The notes under the pieces are model-generated. The model was not told the DNA's origin. It made no database searches and saw only the letters and a program-made list of their open reading frames with translations. DNA of 64,000 bases from IMG/VR virus record IMGVR_UViG_3300023275_000004, positions 61,619-125,618 of that record; one strand, written 5' to 3'. Source of the DNA: a virus. Lineage: Duplodnaviria; Caudoviricetes. Shown one piece after another: positions 53,401 to 62,039 of the stretch; position 1 is the stretch's first letter, and each line of letters starts with the position of its first letter. Position numbers and translations under genes: made by a program.

Positions 53401-55549
53401 TGAACGGCTCTGCTGCCTTTGCCCATGAAAGTAGGGACAAGGCTACATTCTTTGTGATGTCCCAAACTTCTTGAAGTCTCTTCTTAGTTACCTCAAGGAA
53501 TCTTTCAATAGAACCTGAGTCACGAGCTGACTTAGCCCAGTCAGCAAAGTTCGCCGCGCCCTGCTTTAGAGCACTTGTCAACCAAGTAGTGAACGGATCG
53601 GCGGCTCTCATAATGTTTCTAAGAGCATCTAATAGAGATAAGCCAGCGTCGCCCATGTTCTCAATATAGACAGCGTTAGACTTTGCCTGGTCTCCGAAGT
53701 CCTTTGTCCAAGGACCAGAAGAGATCATTGCAATACCCTTGGCAGCAATATTTCCGATGGCTGCGCCAGACTTTGCTAGCAAATTTTCAACCACTGGAAG
53801 CAAGCTCTTCAAATTTCCGAGCTGAGAAACTACGGGCTGGAATACTGCTTCCTGAACAGTTTTAGATACGCCTTCCCAACCTTCCTTAAGGTTAATTACA
53901 GCCTTAAGAACTTCCCTAGCTGAAGGACTCAACTTTTCTAGGGCAGCCTGATACTTAGCCTGAGCTGTAGCTGCGGCATTAGCCCCGCCAGCTCCTCCGT
54001 GCTGAGCGTCATAAAGTCTATTAGTAGCGTCTTCTACATTCCTATGTGCTTCAGAAAGTCTGTACTCAGCATCAGCGACACGTTGCTGAGAATCAGCAAC
54101 CGTCTGCTGCGCGTCAGCTACTTTACGGTTGGCGTCTACAAGACTCTGCTGTGCGTCAGCTAGTGACTGTTCGGCATCCTTCTGGTTACGAGTAGCCTGA
54201 ACAGCATTTTCCTTCGCCTTTACTACCTTGTCAGAACCTTCAACGCCCTTTGCTTCAGCCTTAGCTAGCTCCTGAGCATTTTCTGTATTCTTACGACGAG
54301 TATCAGCTAGGTCAGCTTCCGCCTCGTTGACACGCAAAAGGGCCTCTCTACGATCAAGTAGAGAAGCTGTTGGGTCATTAGCGACCTTGGCATAATCTTG
54401 CTGCGCACGAACAAGATTAAGAACTGCACGCTCTTCTGTAAGATTAGAACGATCTACTTCACGACGAAGATCTTGTAGATCTCTAAGTGCATCTTGACGA
54501 GCCTCATTAACATCAAGCTGTGCCTGCTTAGCAGCTTTTTGTGCTTGGGCTAGGTTATACTCAGCATCTTCTACGCCACGAGCTGCGGCTGCTACACCTC
54601 TATGGGCTTCCTCTACCCCTCGGGAAGCATCTACAACCGCTCTACGGGCCTCTGCGACCCCTCTTTCGGCGTCTGCTACTCCATGGTTAGCCTGCTCTAC
54701 CGCGCGGGCGGCCGAACGTACTTGCTCAGCCTGCTGACGAGCACTAGTGCCAGACTTAGTTGAAGCTGCTGAAGAAGCTTCCTGTGCAGCTGTGTATGCC
54801 TTAAGCGCACCACCTAGAGGAGAAATTGCTGCAATAAGAGCACCAATTCCTGTGATGGCTGCAAAAATTCCACCTGGAAGGGCCGCTACTGATCCTGCCA
54901 AGGATACGATAGTACTCGCTGCACTAAGAGCCACTGCTCCTAGTGAGCCAAGAATAGCTACAAGCGGACCAGCAGCGGCGGCTGCGGCTGCAATAACGGC
55001 AGGCCAAAAAGAAAATTTTCCAAGTACTCCAGTAACAGACCTACCTAAAGCGTCAGCTCCACCTGCAAGTGTAGTGAAGAAATTTGTACCTCCTCCACCT
55101 CCGCCACCAGCGGACGACATAGCTCTACGAAGCTTCTGGAAAGCCGACTCTCCATTTTCAGCTTCCTTCCATGCCTTACGCATGTCAGTAGAAAGTTGAC
55201 CTAGAGCCTTGCTAAACTCATTACCAAAGTTCTTTCCAATGCTCTGAATTGAGCGGAACTTTGTAGCTGTTCTATCAGTTTCAGTTCCAAGCTTCTTAGT
55301 CTCTTCAGATGCGCTTCTGCTAGCCTTAGCTGCTTGCTCCGTAACCCTAGCATTTTCAGAGGTTGCTTGAGTTAATTTACGCTGAGACTGTTCTGCTTGC
55401 TGAGATCCTGTAGAGCTACTTCTATTAAGACCCTCTTGTTCAGTCTTAAGAGCACGAAGCTCATCACGAAACTCTCTAGCCTTCTTACGGGCGTCATCGA
55501 ACTCCGCAATGGCACGGTAAACGACGCTGTGTTCGCGTTCTGCCATCAC
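50468..55549 (-). CDS. tape measure protein
   Basis: 1693 aa, Ala-rich helical, TM segments, C-terminal Zn-peptidase-like motif; follows tail chaperones. Confidence 0.92.
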   Translation of the reverse strand: MMAEREHSVVYRAIAEFDDARKKAREFRDELRALKTEQEGLNRSSSTGSQQAEQSQRKLTQATSENARVTEQAAKASRSASEETKKLGTETDRTATKFRSIQSIGKNFGNEFSKALGQLSTDMRKAWKEAENGESAFQKLRRAMSSAGGGGGGGTNFFTTLAGGADALGRSVTGVLGKFSFWPAVIAAAAAAAGPLVAILGSLGAVALSAASTIVSLAGSVAALPGGIFAAITGIGALIAAISPLGGALKAYTAAQEASSAASTKSGTSARQQAEQVRSAARAVEQANHGVADAERGVAEARRAVVDASRGVEEAHRGVAAAARGVEDAEYNLAQAQKAAKQAQLDVNEARQDALRDLQDLRREVDRSNLTEERAVLNLVRAQQDYAKVANDPTASLLDRREALLRVNEAEADLADTRRKNTENAQELAKAEAKGVEGSDKVVKAKENAVQATRNQKDAEQSLADAQQSLVDANRKVADAQQTVADSQQRVADAEYRLSEAHRNVEDATNRLYDAQHGGAGGANAAATAQAKYQAALEKLSPSAREVLKAVINLKEGWEGVSKTVQEAVFQPVVSQLGNLKSLLPVVENLLAKSGAAIGNIAAKGIAMISSGPWTKDFGDQAKSNAVYIENMGDAGLSLLDALRNIMRAADPFTTWLTSALKQGAANFADWAKSARDSGSIERFLEVTKKRLQEVWDITKNVALSLLSWAKAAEPFTDWINGRLQDITRNWREVAKAQESATSPLQTYLQNVKPLLHEIAILFGDVGRAFAKSASDTSNIERAIDLLQTLRTQILPALGRILNELGESGIDQALATALAEILDAIASFLDSGGGHALSTFVGVLAGFVSILAEIASLPGVSQILGAIATSLAAVAAVSIVARFSGLFKIVDAFRWFVANRGNLTGALGDAARGMVGIQRSTGDKNATVPVVSTSSIGPIGSDVLVEQAKATDKVAEASRNASGKVGIFSRTVAGLKSAGGQAVSGLGGLTAFLGGPWGIALIAATALIGVVASKLANQKEEANQTKDAFLALKNAYGDLSKGDTSGVDNLQQTNEKFKDITDQARLYGLSLRDLSGALNNQQQDLGRVNNQIDTQIAQLKAARDVQVAYAQSQGDTTGAFQDGITALDDQIKAAEKYKNQVNDVAAAQNASNNILSDSARLSRTYSDRLYGLSQQQAESIALSGDYDVQIRALSDALDTLASSTSTAKDRSEALNTIIQSETGQMIDANEATENFNRKLLDLDDSVKSNGKSLKDHTRQGLNNRDALEAAATAARDLFLQDIASKVPMDEATKRHKERIDKLKEEARNLGLNKDQTEKLIRKYGEVPKDLQTKIKTDEKGFQNVYNDLRRLQYMQDALRRGLSPEAAEKEWKQAEKVRISDANRAAAHGYATGGPVYGEGTRNSDSIRAWLSNGEFVQPTDVVEHYGMPIMEALRSRKLDKQAIQEALPDSTGGFNRGGKVQPMFANGGSVTVPIVVDVNKTKRDENWVYGGGAAGPLGNGSGGGGWQWQASVLHKAFPGLSIISGFRKNAVTLSGNRSYHALGRAVDLPPRRDVAQWIHDNYGKNTKELITPYQDLNLWNGKPHHYHGAVWNQHNFAGGNAHDHWAYKNGGLVGDGAGMPQFGFPAMATGGMLSAAAMPGATSRQLSQAAQSVINQNRGITVENLNVNNPVPERASDSLSRQVTKLAVLGDL

Positions 55550-55566
55550 GTGCCTCCAAGGCTAAT

Positions 55567-55607
55567 AAAAAAAGAAAGTCGAGACGGAGATTAAACTCTG
55601 TCTCGAC
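55567..55607 (-). terminator. intrinsic terminator between tail chaperones and tape measure
   Basis: GTCGAGACAGAG/CTCCGTCTCGAC stem plus TTTCTTTTTTT. Confidence 0.8.
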
Positions 55608-55619
55608 CTCCGTATGTCA

Positions 55620-56174
55620 CTAAATAGGTCGGCTAAAACGTCGTCCAAGTGATCCCATTAGGGCTTCAAACGAACCTTCTCCATTATCTGCCTGACCAAG
55701 ATTCTTCTCAATATCTTGTTCTGACATCTTATAGAAATCGTTTTTCGTCGGCTTAGCGCTAGTTGGCTGCGAAACGGCTCTGCTTTGAGTGCCATTTCCT
55801 TCATTTGAAGGGTTCAAACCATCTAGCGAAATTCCTTGAGCTTCTTCAAGCAGCTGCTTTGCTGTCTCTTCTGACATATCAGGAGTAAGCTTTACCAGCC
55901 AAGAACAAATCATTCTTGTCTGCCAAGCTACGAGTTGCCTGTTGTTAAATCTGTCAGTCCACACAGCTTCATCAATTGCGGCAGAAATTTGCCTCATCCT
56001 ACGAATGGTAAGATTCTTGATGCGCTTATCGCTCCAGCCATAAGCAGCAGAAATTTTATGAAAGACTCTACTGAAGCTGCCTAGTAACTCCTGTCCAGGA
56101 ATTTCTGGAGGAGTTATTAGCTGAGCTGCCCGGTTTTCTTCGCCAGGTCGAACATCGACATTAGGCGTTTTCCC
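55620..56174 (-). CDS. tail assembly chaperone, -1 frameshift extension (gpGT-like)
   Basis: frame open from slippery site at 56174 through ATG 55997 to stop; encodes YGWSD..I.NLT motif. Confidence 0.8.
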   Translation of the reverse strand, partial: GKTPNVDVRPGEENRAAQLITPPEIPGQELLGSFSRVFHKISAAYGWSDKRIKNLTIRRMRQISAAIDEAVWTDRFNNRQLVAWQTRMICSWLVKLTPDMSEETAKQLLEEAQGISLDGLNPSNEGNGTQSRAVSQPTSAKPTKNDFYKMSEQDIEKNLGQADNGEGSFEALMGSLGRRFSRPI

Positions 56175-56614
56175 AGGGCCTTCAAGTCTTCGCCCTCGTT
56201 ATGGACGATCGCCTCAATAATAGTCACAAGGTCCTCAAGCTCAGGATTTCCAAGGTCACCCTCTACAGCATCCCAAAGAGTGTCATTACGCTCCTTGTCC
56301 TGCTTATTAAGCTGACGACCTTCAATCAAACCATAAGGCTTGATCATAGAAGCGATAAACTCTAACGTCTCCTGCTCAGATTCCGGAATAGCCATCATAA
56401 TGACTGCTAGGAACTTCTGAACCCACTGCTCTGTAGTGTCGTCAGAACTAAACTGAAGAGAAGGAAGAATTGGACCAGCGCCACGAGTAACAATCTTCAA
56501 CAACTTGAAAAACTGACGAGCCTTAAGAGGCTGTAGAACAAGCACAGTACCCGTAGACAGGGTAATAGTTCCATCTGCTGCGGGTACTGGCTCGATAGCG
56601 TCAATATCAGACAT
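56117..56614 (-). CDS. tail assembly chaperone (gpG-like)
   Basis: between major tail and tape measure; contains G-GGA-AAA. Confidence 0.85.
   Translation of the reverse strand: MSDIDAIEPVPAADGTITLSTGTVLVLQPLKARQFFKLLKIVTRGAGPILPSLQFSSDDTTEQWVQKFLAVIMMAIPESEQETLEFIASMIKPYGLIEGRQLNKQDKERNDTLWDAVEGDLGNPELEDLVTIIEAIVHNEGEDLKALGKRLMSMFDLAKKTGQLS
56168..56174 (-). other. programmed -1 frameshift slippery heptamer GGGAAAA
   Basis: CTG GGA AAA in frame 0; -1 frame open for 59 codons into the downstream ORF. Confidence 0.85.
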
Positions 56615-56670
56615 AACTTAGCCTCCAAGGCTTCTTTAAAGTTGGTAGTCTTTTACGTTTGTATTACTGA

Positions 56671-57228
56671 TCAGCCTGGCTTGTTTACAAGACGACCAAT
56701 GGCCTGCTCAGAAAGAGTCACGCCCTTTTCGTCCTTGCTCGAAAGCAGCGCACGGCCTGTGTAGTTAAGAAGCAGACCGGACTTGTAAGAAGGACCAGTG
56801 AAGTTAATAGGACCAAACTGAACCTTATAAAGGATGATGTCCAAGGTACGAACTAGACCATCAGAGTCCTTGGAAGGTACACGAATCAGCACTGGACGAG
56901 GAGGCGTGTTTAGCGCACCAACGTTCCAGAGAGGAGTCGAGTAGTGAATATTTGCGCCTGCGCCCGAAGATGTTACTGTCGAGCCCTGAAGCATGGCGAT
57001 TGTCTCGAATGGGACATAGCCAGCTTCAACTGTCAGGGTTGCAAAGTTGATCCAGAACCATGACGAAAGAACGGTGTCATCACCGGTGTTGTCATAGTTA
57101 CCTGTATCAGCAGCGATCGTACCTGTACGAACGCCATAAATGTCGCCATTAACCTCTTCGGCACCTGTGGTACCGTTCAGAATGGCGGCGTGGCTTACTG
57201 AAAAGCCCTCGAAGATTGAACCTGCCAC
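56671..57228 (-). CDS. major tail protein
   Basis: position between terminator protein and chaperones; start moved to GTG 57228 behind GAGGTG. Confidence 0.75.
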   Translation of the reverse strand: MAGSIFEGFSVSHAAILNGTTGAEEVNGDIYGVRTGTIAADTGNYDNTGDDTVLSSWFWINFATLTVEAGYVPFETIAMLQGSTVTSSGAGANIHYSTPLWNVGALNTPPRPVLIRVPSKDSDGLVRTLDIILYKVQFGPINFTGPSYKSGLLLNYTGRALLSSKDEKGVTLSEQAIGRLVNKPG

Positions 57229-57319
57229 CGCGATACACCTCAAATAAGTCGTGCCGATAAGTCATTAATCATATCGGCGTTTGATGACGATTACTCTATT
57301 TTTACCAGCTAATCGAGAC

Positions 57320-57538
57320 TTACATTATCTCGACAGTCTGGACATGCTCACCCAGAATGTTATATCTGTGCAAAACTCTGCGTACTGATCGGCCCTGCTG
57401 TCTAGCCTCACGGGCACAATCACTGCACGCAAGCTCCATCAATACGCCTTCAACATAATTTATCGGCTGACCTTGCAAACGCAGAAATAATTTTCTGAAT
57501 CCAACTGGACAGCGAATCTCAGTTACCTGATCCACCAC
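57320..57538 (-). CDS. small Cys-containing hypothetical protein
   Basis: RCP...CSDC; RBS GAGGAGG. Confidence 0.6.
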   Translation of the reverse strand: MVDQVTEIRCPVGFRKLFLRLQGQPINYVEGVLMELACSDCAREARQQGRSVRRVLHRYNILGEHVQTVEIM

Positions 57539-58646
57539 TAACCTCCTCACACATACGAGCCTTAGCCAGCAGGTTCTCTCCCTTTTCGGGAACAGCTTTT
57601 GCAAGCTTCAGGAAAAGTTTTTCCACTACTGAATCCCAGCTACACATCTGTGGAAGAGTCTTAGAAGCAAGTAATGCCTTTTCCTTCACTTCTGTGCGAT
57701 TCTTATATGTGTGCATCAGCAATTCTTTAAGGTGATCCTTGCTAGCTCTAGCCTGCTTGCAATTTGGCAAGCTCGGACTAAGAGGCATCAACGTATAATC
57801 CAGCGGATATGCATACGAAGGAGAGAGCCAGTTCGCCATTCCTCCCCAGTTCGTTGCAATGACAGCCCCACCCGTGGTCTGGAACTCTAACGCTGGCATA
57901 TTCTTTCCCTCCCCCCTGCTCGGAGCTAGAAGAACATGCTGCATACCGTAAAATTTCCTGAGAATTTCCACGGGCCACACCGAAGAATGAACTCTTAGTT
58001 TGGGACACCACTGCTCCATGGCTGGATGAAGACCTGGAATATTAGTTTTAAGATGAAGTTCTGCTCCATCAAAATCCTTTGGATACTCAGTTTTTAGTTC
58101 ATGAAAAGCCTGGATAGCTACAAATGGATCTTTTCTATCGTGAAGTTGGCCCACCATACAAAAGCCGAACCTGTCGCTGTACCAATCACGCTCCATATAC
58201 TTCCAGTCAGAAGGCTCATATCCTCCTTGAAGTACAAAAGAAGCAGTCTTCTTTGGAAGGTATTTTTCAAAAGCCTCAGTAGTTACAGCATCGTAGCCAA
58301 TGAAAGCATCAAAATCCTGCAAATTACCTTTTAGTCTCGACCTTCCCTTTAAATTATCAAGGGAAGAATACTCCCACATGGACATTGAAACTGTCAGATC
58401 CGAAGCAGCTCTAAGTTCCTTATCAATACCTATCTGTCCAGGATCAACGTGCTGGATAGTTAGATCAAAGGGAGCTTCCAGCTGCTTAGTGAAAAGCATC
58501 GCAATATCTTTAGGGAGTGGAGCTGCTACGTGAGTAGCTTGCAAATAAACATCTGCACCCATACGCATAAGCGCACGAGTAAGCCCAATACCATCATTTC
58601 CGTACCCTGAGAATTTACTCATGGGCGCAGATAGTAAAACTTTCAT
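57519..58646 (-). CDS. GT-B (family 4-like) glycosyltransferase
   Basis: SGYG, RKD, PSRGEGKNMPALE...G..VIAT.WGG. Confidence 0.88.
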   Translation of the reverse strand: MKVLLSAPMSKFSGYGNDGIGLTRALMRMGADVYLQATHVAAPLPKDIAMLFTKQLEAPFDLTIQHVDPGQIGIDKELRAASDLTVSMSMWEYSSLDNLKGRSRLKGNLQDFDAFIGYDAVTTEAFEKYLPKKTASFVLQGGYEPSDWKYMERDWYSDRFGFCMVGQLHDRKDPFVAIQAFHELKTEYPKDFDGAELHLKTNIPGLHPAMEQWCPKLRVHSSVWPVEILRKFYGMQHVLLAPSRGEGKNMPALEFQTTGGAVIATNWGGMANWLSPSYAYPLDYTLMPLSPSLPNCKQARASKDHLKELLMHTYKNRTEVKEKALLASKTLPQMCSWDSVVEKLFLKLAKAVPEKGENLLAKARMCEEVSGGSGN

Positions 58647-58670
58647 TTGGCCTCCAAGGCTCTAAAAAGC

Positions 58671-59159
58671 TTATCCGATCTCTACGCCATAAATTTGCGT
58701 TCCTATGACTACACCATTTCCATCAGGAGTTTTATAATCGTCATAACCACCAAATCTACGGCTCGTTACGGATCTAATACTGCCCCACCACTGCTCGCCG
58801 CCGCGCACTCTGTGCAGGTATTTATCTACCACTCGATAAACAGCCCTGGCTCTACGAAAAGTCTCAGAATCCTCGACAATAGTTACCCCATCTGCTCTTC
58901 TAATAGGCCCCGCCCAAATTTGGATGCCTAATCTTTCAAACGATGCAGTATTGTAGTCGTTAGGTGATCCCCATGGCCCGGCAGAAGTAACTACGATAGC
59001 TACTTTATCTGTCTTTTCCATGTTGAAAGGCATATCTCTCTGAAAAATCCAGGGAACATCATCATCAAATTTTCCTACTAGAGCAACAATCTCTGGAATG
59101 CTTAGAAGATATCCTGCGGCACCCGATACTAGGTCGTCATCTGTCACTGGCGTTGTCAT
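58671..59159 (-). CDS. tail terminator protein (putative)
   Basis: size and synteny. Confidence 0.6.
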   Translation of the reverse strand: MTTPVTDDDLVSGAAGYLLSIPEIVALVGKFDDDVPWIFQRDMPFNMEKTDKVAIVVTSAGPWGSPNDYNTASFERLGIQIWAGPIRRADGVTIVEDSETFRRARAVYRVVDKYLHRVRGGEQWWGSIRSVTSRRFGGYDDYKTPDGNGVVIGTQIYGVEIG

Positions 59160-59533
59160 GCGTACTTTCCTTTCAGCCAGGACTCCAGAGCGTCGCCATA
59201 GCGAGAATCAAGAGTATAGATAGGCTCCATATAATCATGAAGTCCGTCACGTTCCTGTTCGTAGTGAGCGTACTTAACTGGATCGTGAATAGCGGCAGGA
59301 GCTACACCACCATAGGTAATTTCCCCTTGCCACTTATTTAGATCGATAGTGCTTTTCAACTTTCCTGAAAGTTTTAGCGAACCTGTACGAATGTGAACTA
59401 TCTGCTGAGTAATTTGAAACTGGGAGGCCAGCACAGACTCAAACTCCATAACGTCTGGAATACTTGGCCCATCAATTAGCCTATCTAGTTCCTTCTCTAC
59501 ATCAGAGATATCCACTTCAATGTAAACAGCCAT
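59156..59533 (-). CDS. neck/tail completion protein (HK97 gp10-like)
   Basis: VHIRTGSLKLS and YAHYE motifs. Confidence 0.65.
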   Translation of the reverse strand: MAVYIEVDISDVEKELDRLIDGPSIPDVMEFESVLASQFQITQQIVHIRTGSLKLSGKLKSTIDLNKWQGEITYGGVAPAAIHDPVKYAHYEQERDGLHDYMEPIYTLDSRYGDALESWLKGKYA

Positions 59534-59961
59534 CAGGCACCTTCTACAACTGAGCTGGGAAATCTAACTGCGGAGGGAGCAACTTCAACTACTTGTACTT
59601 CTAGGTGATGAACAGCAGAAAAATCTACTGCTCCGTCAGGAGTTGCTTTAAGTTCAAAAGTTCCTGTGATTGGACCAGAAATCATCTTGATCCTGTCCCC
59701 GGCAAGTAGATATGGAGTAGCATCGCAAAAAAGTACGCCTACTCGGTCAATCGCTCTACCAGCTACCAATGCCGAAGGCTGATCTTTTCCAGGACGTACA
59801 AAGTTAAGGTCCAGACGGCACATCATTTCACCGACAACGCCTAGCCTAGTGTCTACAATTTCGTTCAACTTGAACCAGTCAGTAATAGCTGATCCTTTTA
59901 CGAAAGAGACAGAAAGCCTCTGAACCTCTGCACGCGAACTGTAAAGATGCCTGATTGACAT
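59533..59961 (-). CDS. head-to-tail stopper (putative)
   Basis: AGDRI and HHLEV motifs, synteny. Confidence 0.65.
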   Translation of the reverse strand: MSIRHLYSSRAEVQRLSVSFVKGSAITDWFKLNEIVDTRLGVVGEMMCRLDLNFVRPGKDQPSALVAGRAIDRVGVLFCDATPYLLAGDRIKMISGPITGTFELKATPDGAVDFSAVHHLEVQVVEVAPSAVRFPSSVVEGA

Positions 59962-60482
59962 TAGCCTCTCTTTTCAGTATTTGCGTAATAATAGTCGTTC
60001 AGAGGATCGTTCATTGGGAAGTCCTTAGGACCAAGAACAAAGCGGTCGCCTTCAGAGTTCTGGTAGTAATTCTCTCTCTCAAATAGAGAGATAGAAGATG
60101 AGTTAACATCAAATACACCATCAGATGCACTCAGCTGTTCAACTGCTAGATCAAACCACATGCTTCCTGTCGACTCGCCATTTCTAGCCGCAGAAGCACT
60201 CTTGCTGTAAGAATACGAACCAATCGTCTCGGAACTAAAAGGCTTAGCCAAAATTTCATCGTAAGGTGACTCAAGATAAATTTTATTAGCCAAGTCCATA
60301 ATCGCATATTTAGCAAGGCTGGCGTCTGGATCGTCTGTGGGCATCTCTGACAGTCCTGTGCGGATAGCCAGTAGAAGCGCAGCCTGCATCAAAGCCTGCT
60401 CTGCAAAAGAAGAGTAGAAACTCTCAGGCTTGCCTGTAAATGTGGCAAGTTCAGCCACAGACGGAACCAGAAGCATTGTCAT
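59961..60482 (-). CDS. head-to-tail adaptor
   Basis: SETIGSYSYS motif. Confidence 0.75.
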   Translation of the reverse strand: MTMLLVPSVAELATFTGKPESFYSSFAEQALMQAALLLAIRTGLSEMPTDDPDASLAKYAIMDLANKIYLESPYDEILAKPFSSETIGSYSYSKSASAARNGESTGSMWFDLAVEQLSASDGVFDVNSSSISLFERENYYQNSEGDRFVLGPKDFPMNDPLNDYYYANTEKRG

Positions 60483-60489
60483 TTCCTAA

Positions 60490-60966
60490 TCAGCTAGAAA
60501 TTCTTGGAGCTGCACGCCCGCGACGACGCTCAGCCTTAGCGGCCTGCTCTTCTTCCCACTCCTTGCCCTTCCAAGGTCCCTGACGGTAGTAGTGAGCTCC
60601 GTAGAACTCTTCCTGCTCAGTGGAATCCAGAAGTGCCCACTTCTTTGCTGCATCGTACTGTGGAGTGCCTGGCTCAAGCTCAAGCTCCTGGCCCTTATAC
60701 CAAACCGTACCTAGTTCGCAGAATCCATCACGGATGAAGTGGATGAGAATATTCTTTTCGTCGCCAGGATTGGCAACTACGTCATGCTCAAGCTCTGGGT
60801 CCTTAGCGCCTAGAGACTTAGCTAGCTGATCCTTAAGATCTCTAATCTCTCTTTGCTCTGGAGTAAGCTCCTCTTCAGGAGTTACAACAGTTTCCTCGGG
60901 TGCGCTCGTAGCGGGAGCTGCTACCCTTGGAGCGACCTTTTTTGCTGGTGGACGACCGGTAGTCAT
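60490..60966 (-). CDS. hypothetical protein, first gene of connector operon
   Basis: ORF downstream of CCGAT motif at 61014-61018. Confidence 0.7.
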   Translation of the reverse strand: MTTGRPPAKKVAPRVAAPATSAPEETVVTPEEELTPEQREIRDLKDQLAKSLGAKDPELEHDVVANPGDEKNILIHFIRDGFCELGTVWYKGQELELEPGTPQYDAAKKWALLDSTEQEEFYGAHYYRQGPWKGKEWEEEQAAKAERRRGRAAPRISS

Positions 60967-61045
60967 GTGACTCACCGTACCTTTCACAATAGTAGATTAT
61001 CCCTACTATTACCATCGGTCGTGCCACTAGCTAAGGCCCGAAATG

Positions 61046-61498
61046 TTACTTGTCTTCGTGACGAAGTGCTCTCAATTGATCAGCTACCTTAGTAAGCTCC
61101 TGCTCTAGTATACGAAGCTTATCCTCAAGCTCATCAATCTTTTCATCACGAACTCTGATCTTTTCCTTAAGAACATCGTTATCTGTTCTCACCCTATCCA
61201 GATCAGCTCTATATCTATCCGCTTCCTCACGAGCCGCTTTTGCTGCCTGTTCCATCATCAAAACGGCTGATTGAGCACCGGTTACAATAATTACATCTTT
61301 TTCCGCTGGTGCCTTAATAGCTGCTACATCCTTAACTTCCTTTGCGTCTCTACGCTCTTTTATAAATTTCAAAAGAGTTACAAGACCTAGAGTTACACTA
61401 AGAATGAATCCACCTACGGTTAAGTATCTTTCAACACTCCAACCTTCAGGCTTCTTTGCTACTTCAGCCGCCCAGAAGTATAGCTCAGGAGCGATCAT
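61046..61498 (-). CDS. membrane-anchored coiled-coil protein
   Basis: single N-terminal TM then heptad repeats. Confidence 0.75.
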   Translation of the reverse strand: MIAPELYFWAAEVAKKPEGWSVERYLTVGGFILSVTLGLVTLLKFIKERRDAKEVKDVAAIKAPAEKDVIIVTGAQSAVLMMEQAAKAAREEADRYRADLDRVRTDNDVLKEKIRVRDEKIDELEDKLRILEQELTKVADQLRALRHEDK

Positions 61499-61949
61499 CG
61501 TCTATCCCCTCCTGAGTCCTGCTCAATGTCTGAGCATAGCTATACGCCTTTGCAAGCTTGCCCAGCTCCCTGTATCTCACTGCACAAGAAATACTAAACA
61601 ATGCAAAAGTAAGCACTGTTAAATATCTACCACTACCGGCTCCGTTTGTTGCTAGCGCAAGTGCGTAAGTTCCTGTGCCGAAAGATAAAAATAGAAGACC
61701 GATCTGCTCGATCCTCATCGAATACCACATAGGCCACACAAGACCTACCAGAGTTGTCAAACCCCCGAATACCAATGAAATTCCCCACCACATAATTACT
61801 ATGACAGGAAATGCCTGCTTAACCGACTCTGGTGCAAACTCATCAGGATTGATCAGAATTGGTAAACCTGTAATAACAGCCAGGTAGGCCAGGAAAGCAG
61901 TTGTGGATTCGAGGCTCAGCGCTCTCAAAGTTCTTGTAAACTTGCGCAT
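61485..61949 (-). CDS. 4-TM membrane protein (holin-like)
   Basis: four hydrophobic segments; start at ATG 61949. Confidence 0.7.
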   Translation of the reverse strand: MRKFTRTLRALSLESTTAFLAYLAVITGLPILINPDEFAPESVKQAFPVIVIMWWGISLVFGGLTTLVGLVWPMWYSMRIEQIGLLFLSFGTGTYALALATNGAGSGRYLTVLTFALFSISCAVRYRELGKLAKAYSYAQTLSRTQEGIDDDRS

Positions 61950-61955
61950 AGCAAA

Positions 61956-62026
61956 ACCCACCTATCCAGACGTAAATGACACTTAAAACATCGGCATTGT
62001 TTGCCGTAGTGTCTGGATAGGTGGGT
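61956..62026 (-). promoter_or_regulatory. 16-bp RBS-sequestering hairpin with GCCGAT motif in loop
   Basis: ACCCACCTATCCAGAC/GTCTGGATAGGTGGGT; 3' arm ends 6 nt before ATG. Confidence 0.75.
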
Positions 62027-62039
62027 CCATTGCTACTTA

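Noticed and set aside
54747-55199. Plus-strand ORFs inside tape measure, lysin, polymerase and other genes
   Set aside because: Antisense to well-supported genes, with no independent signals
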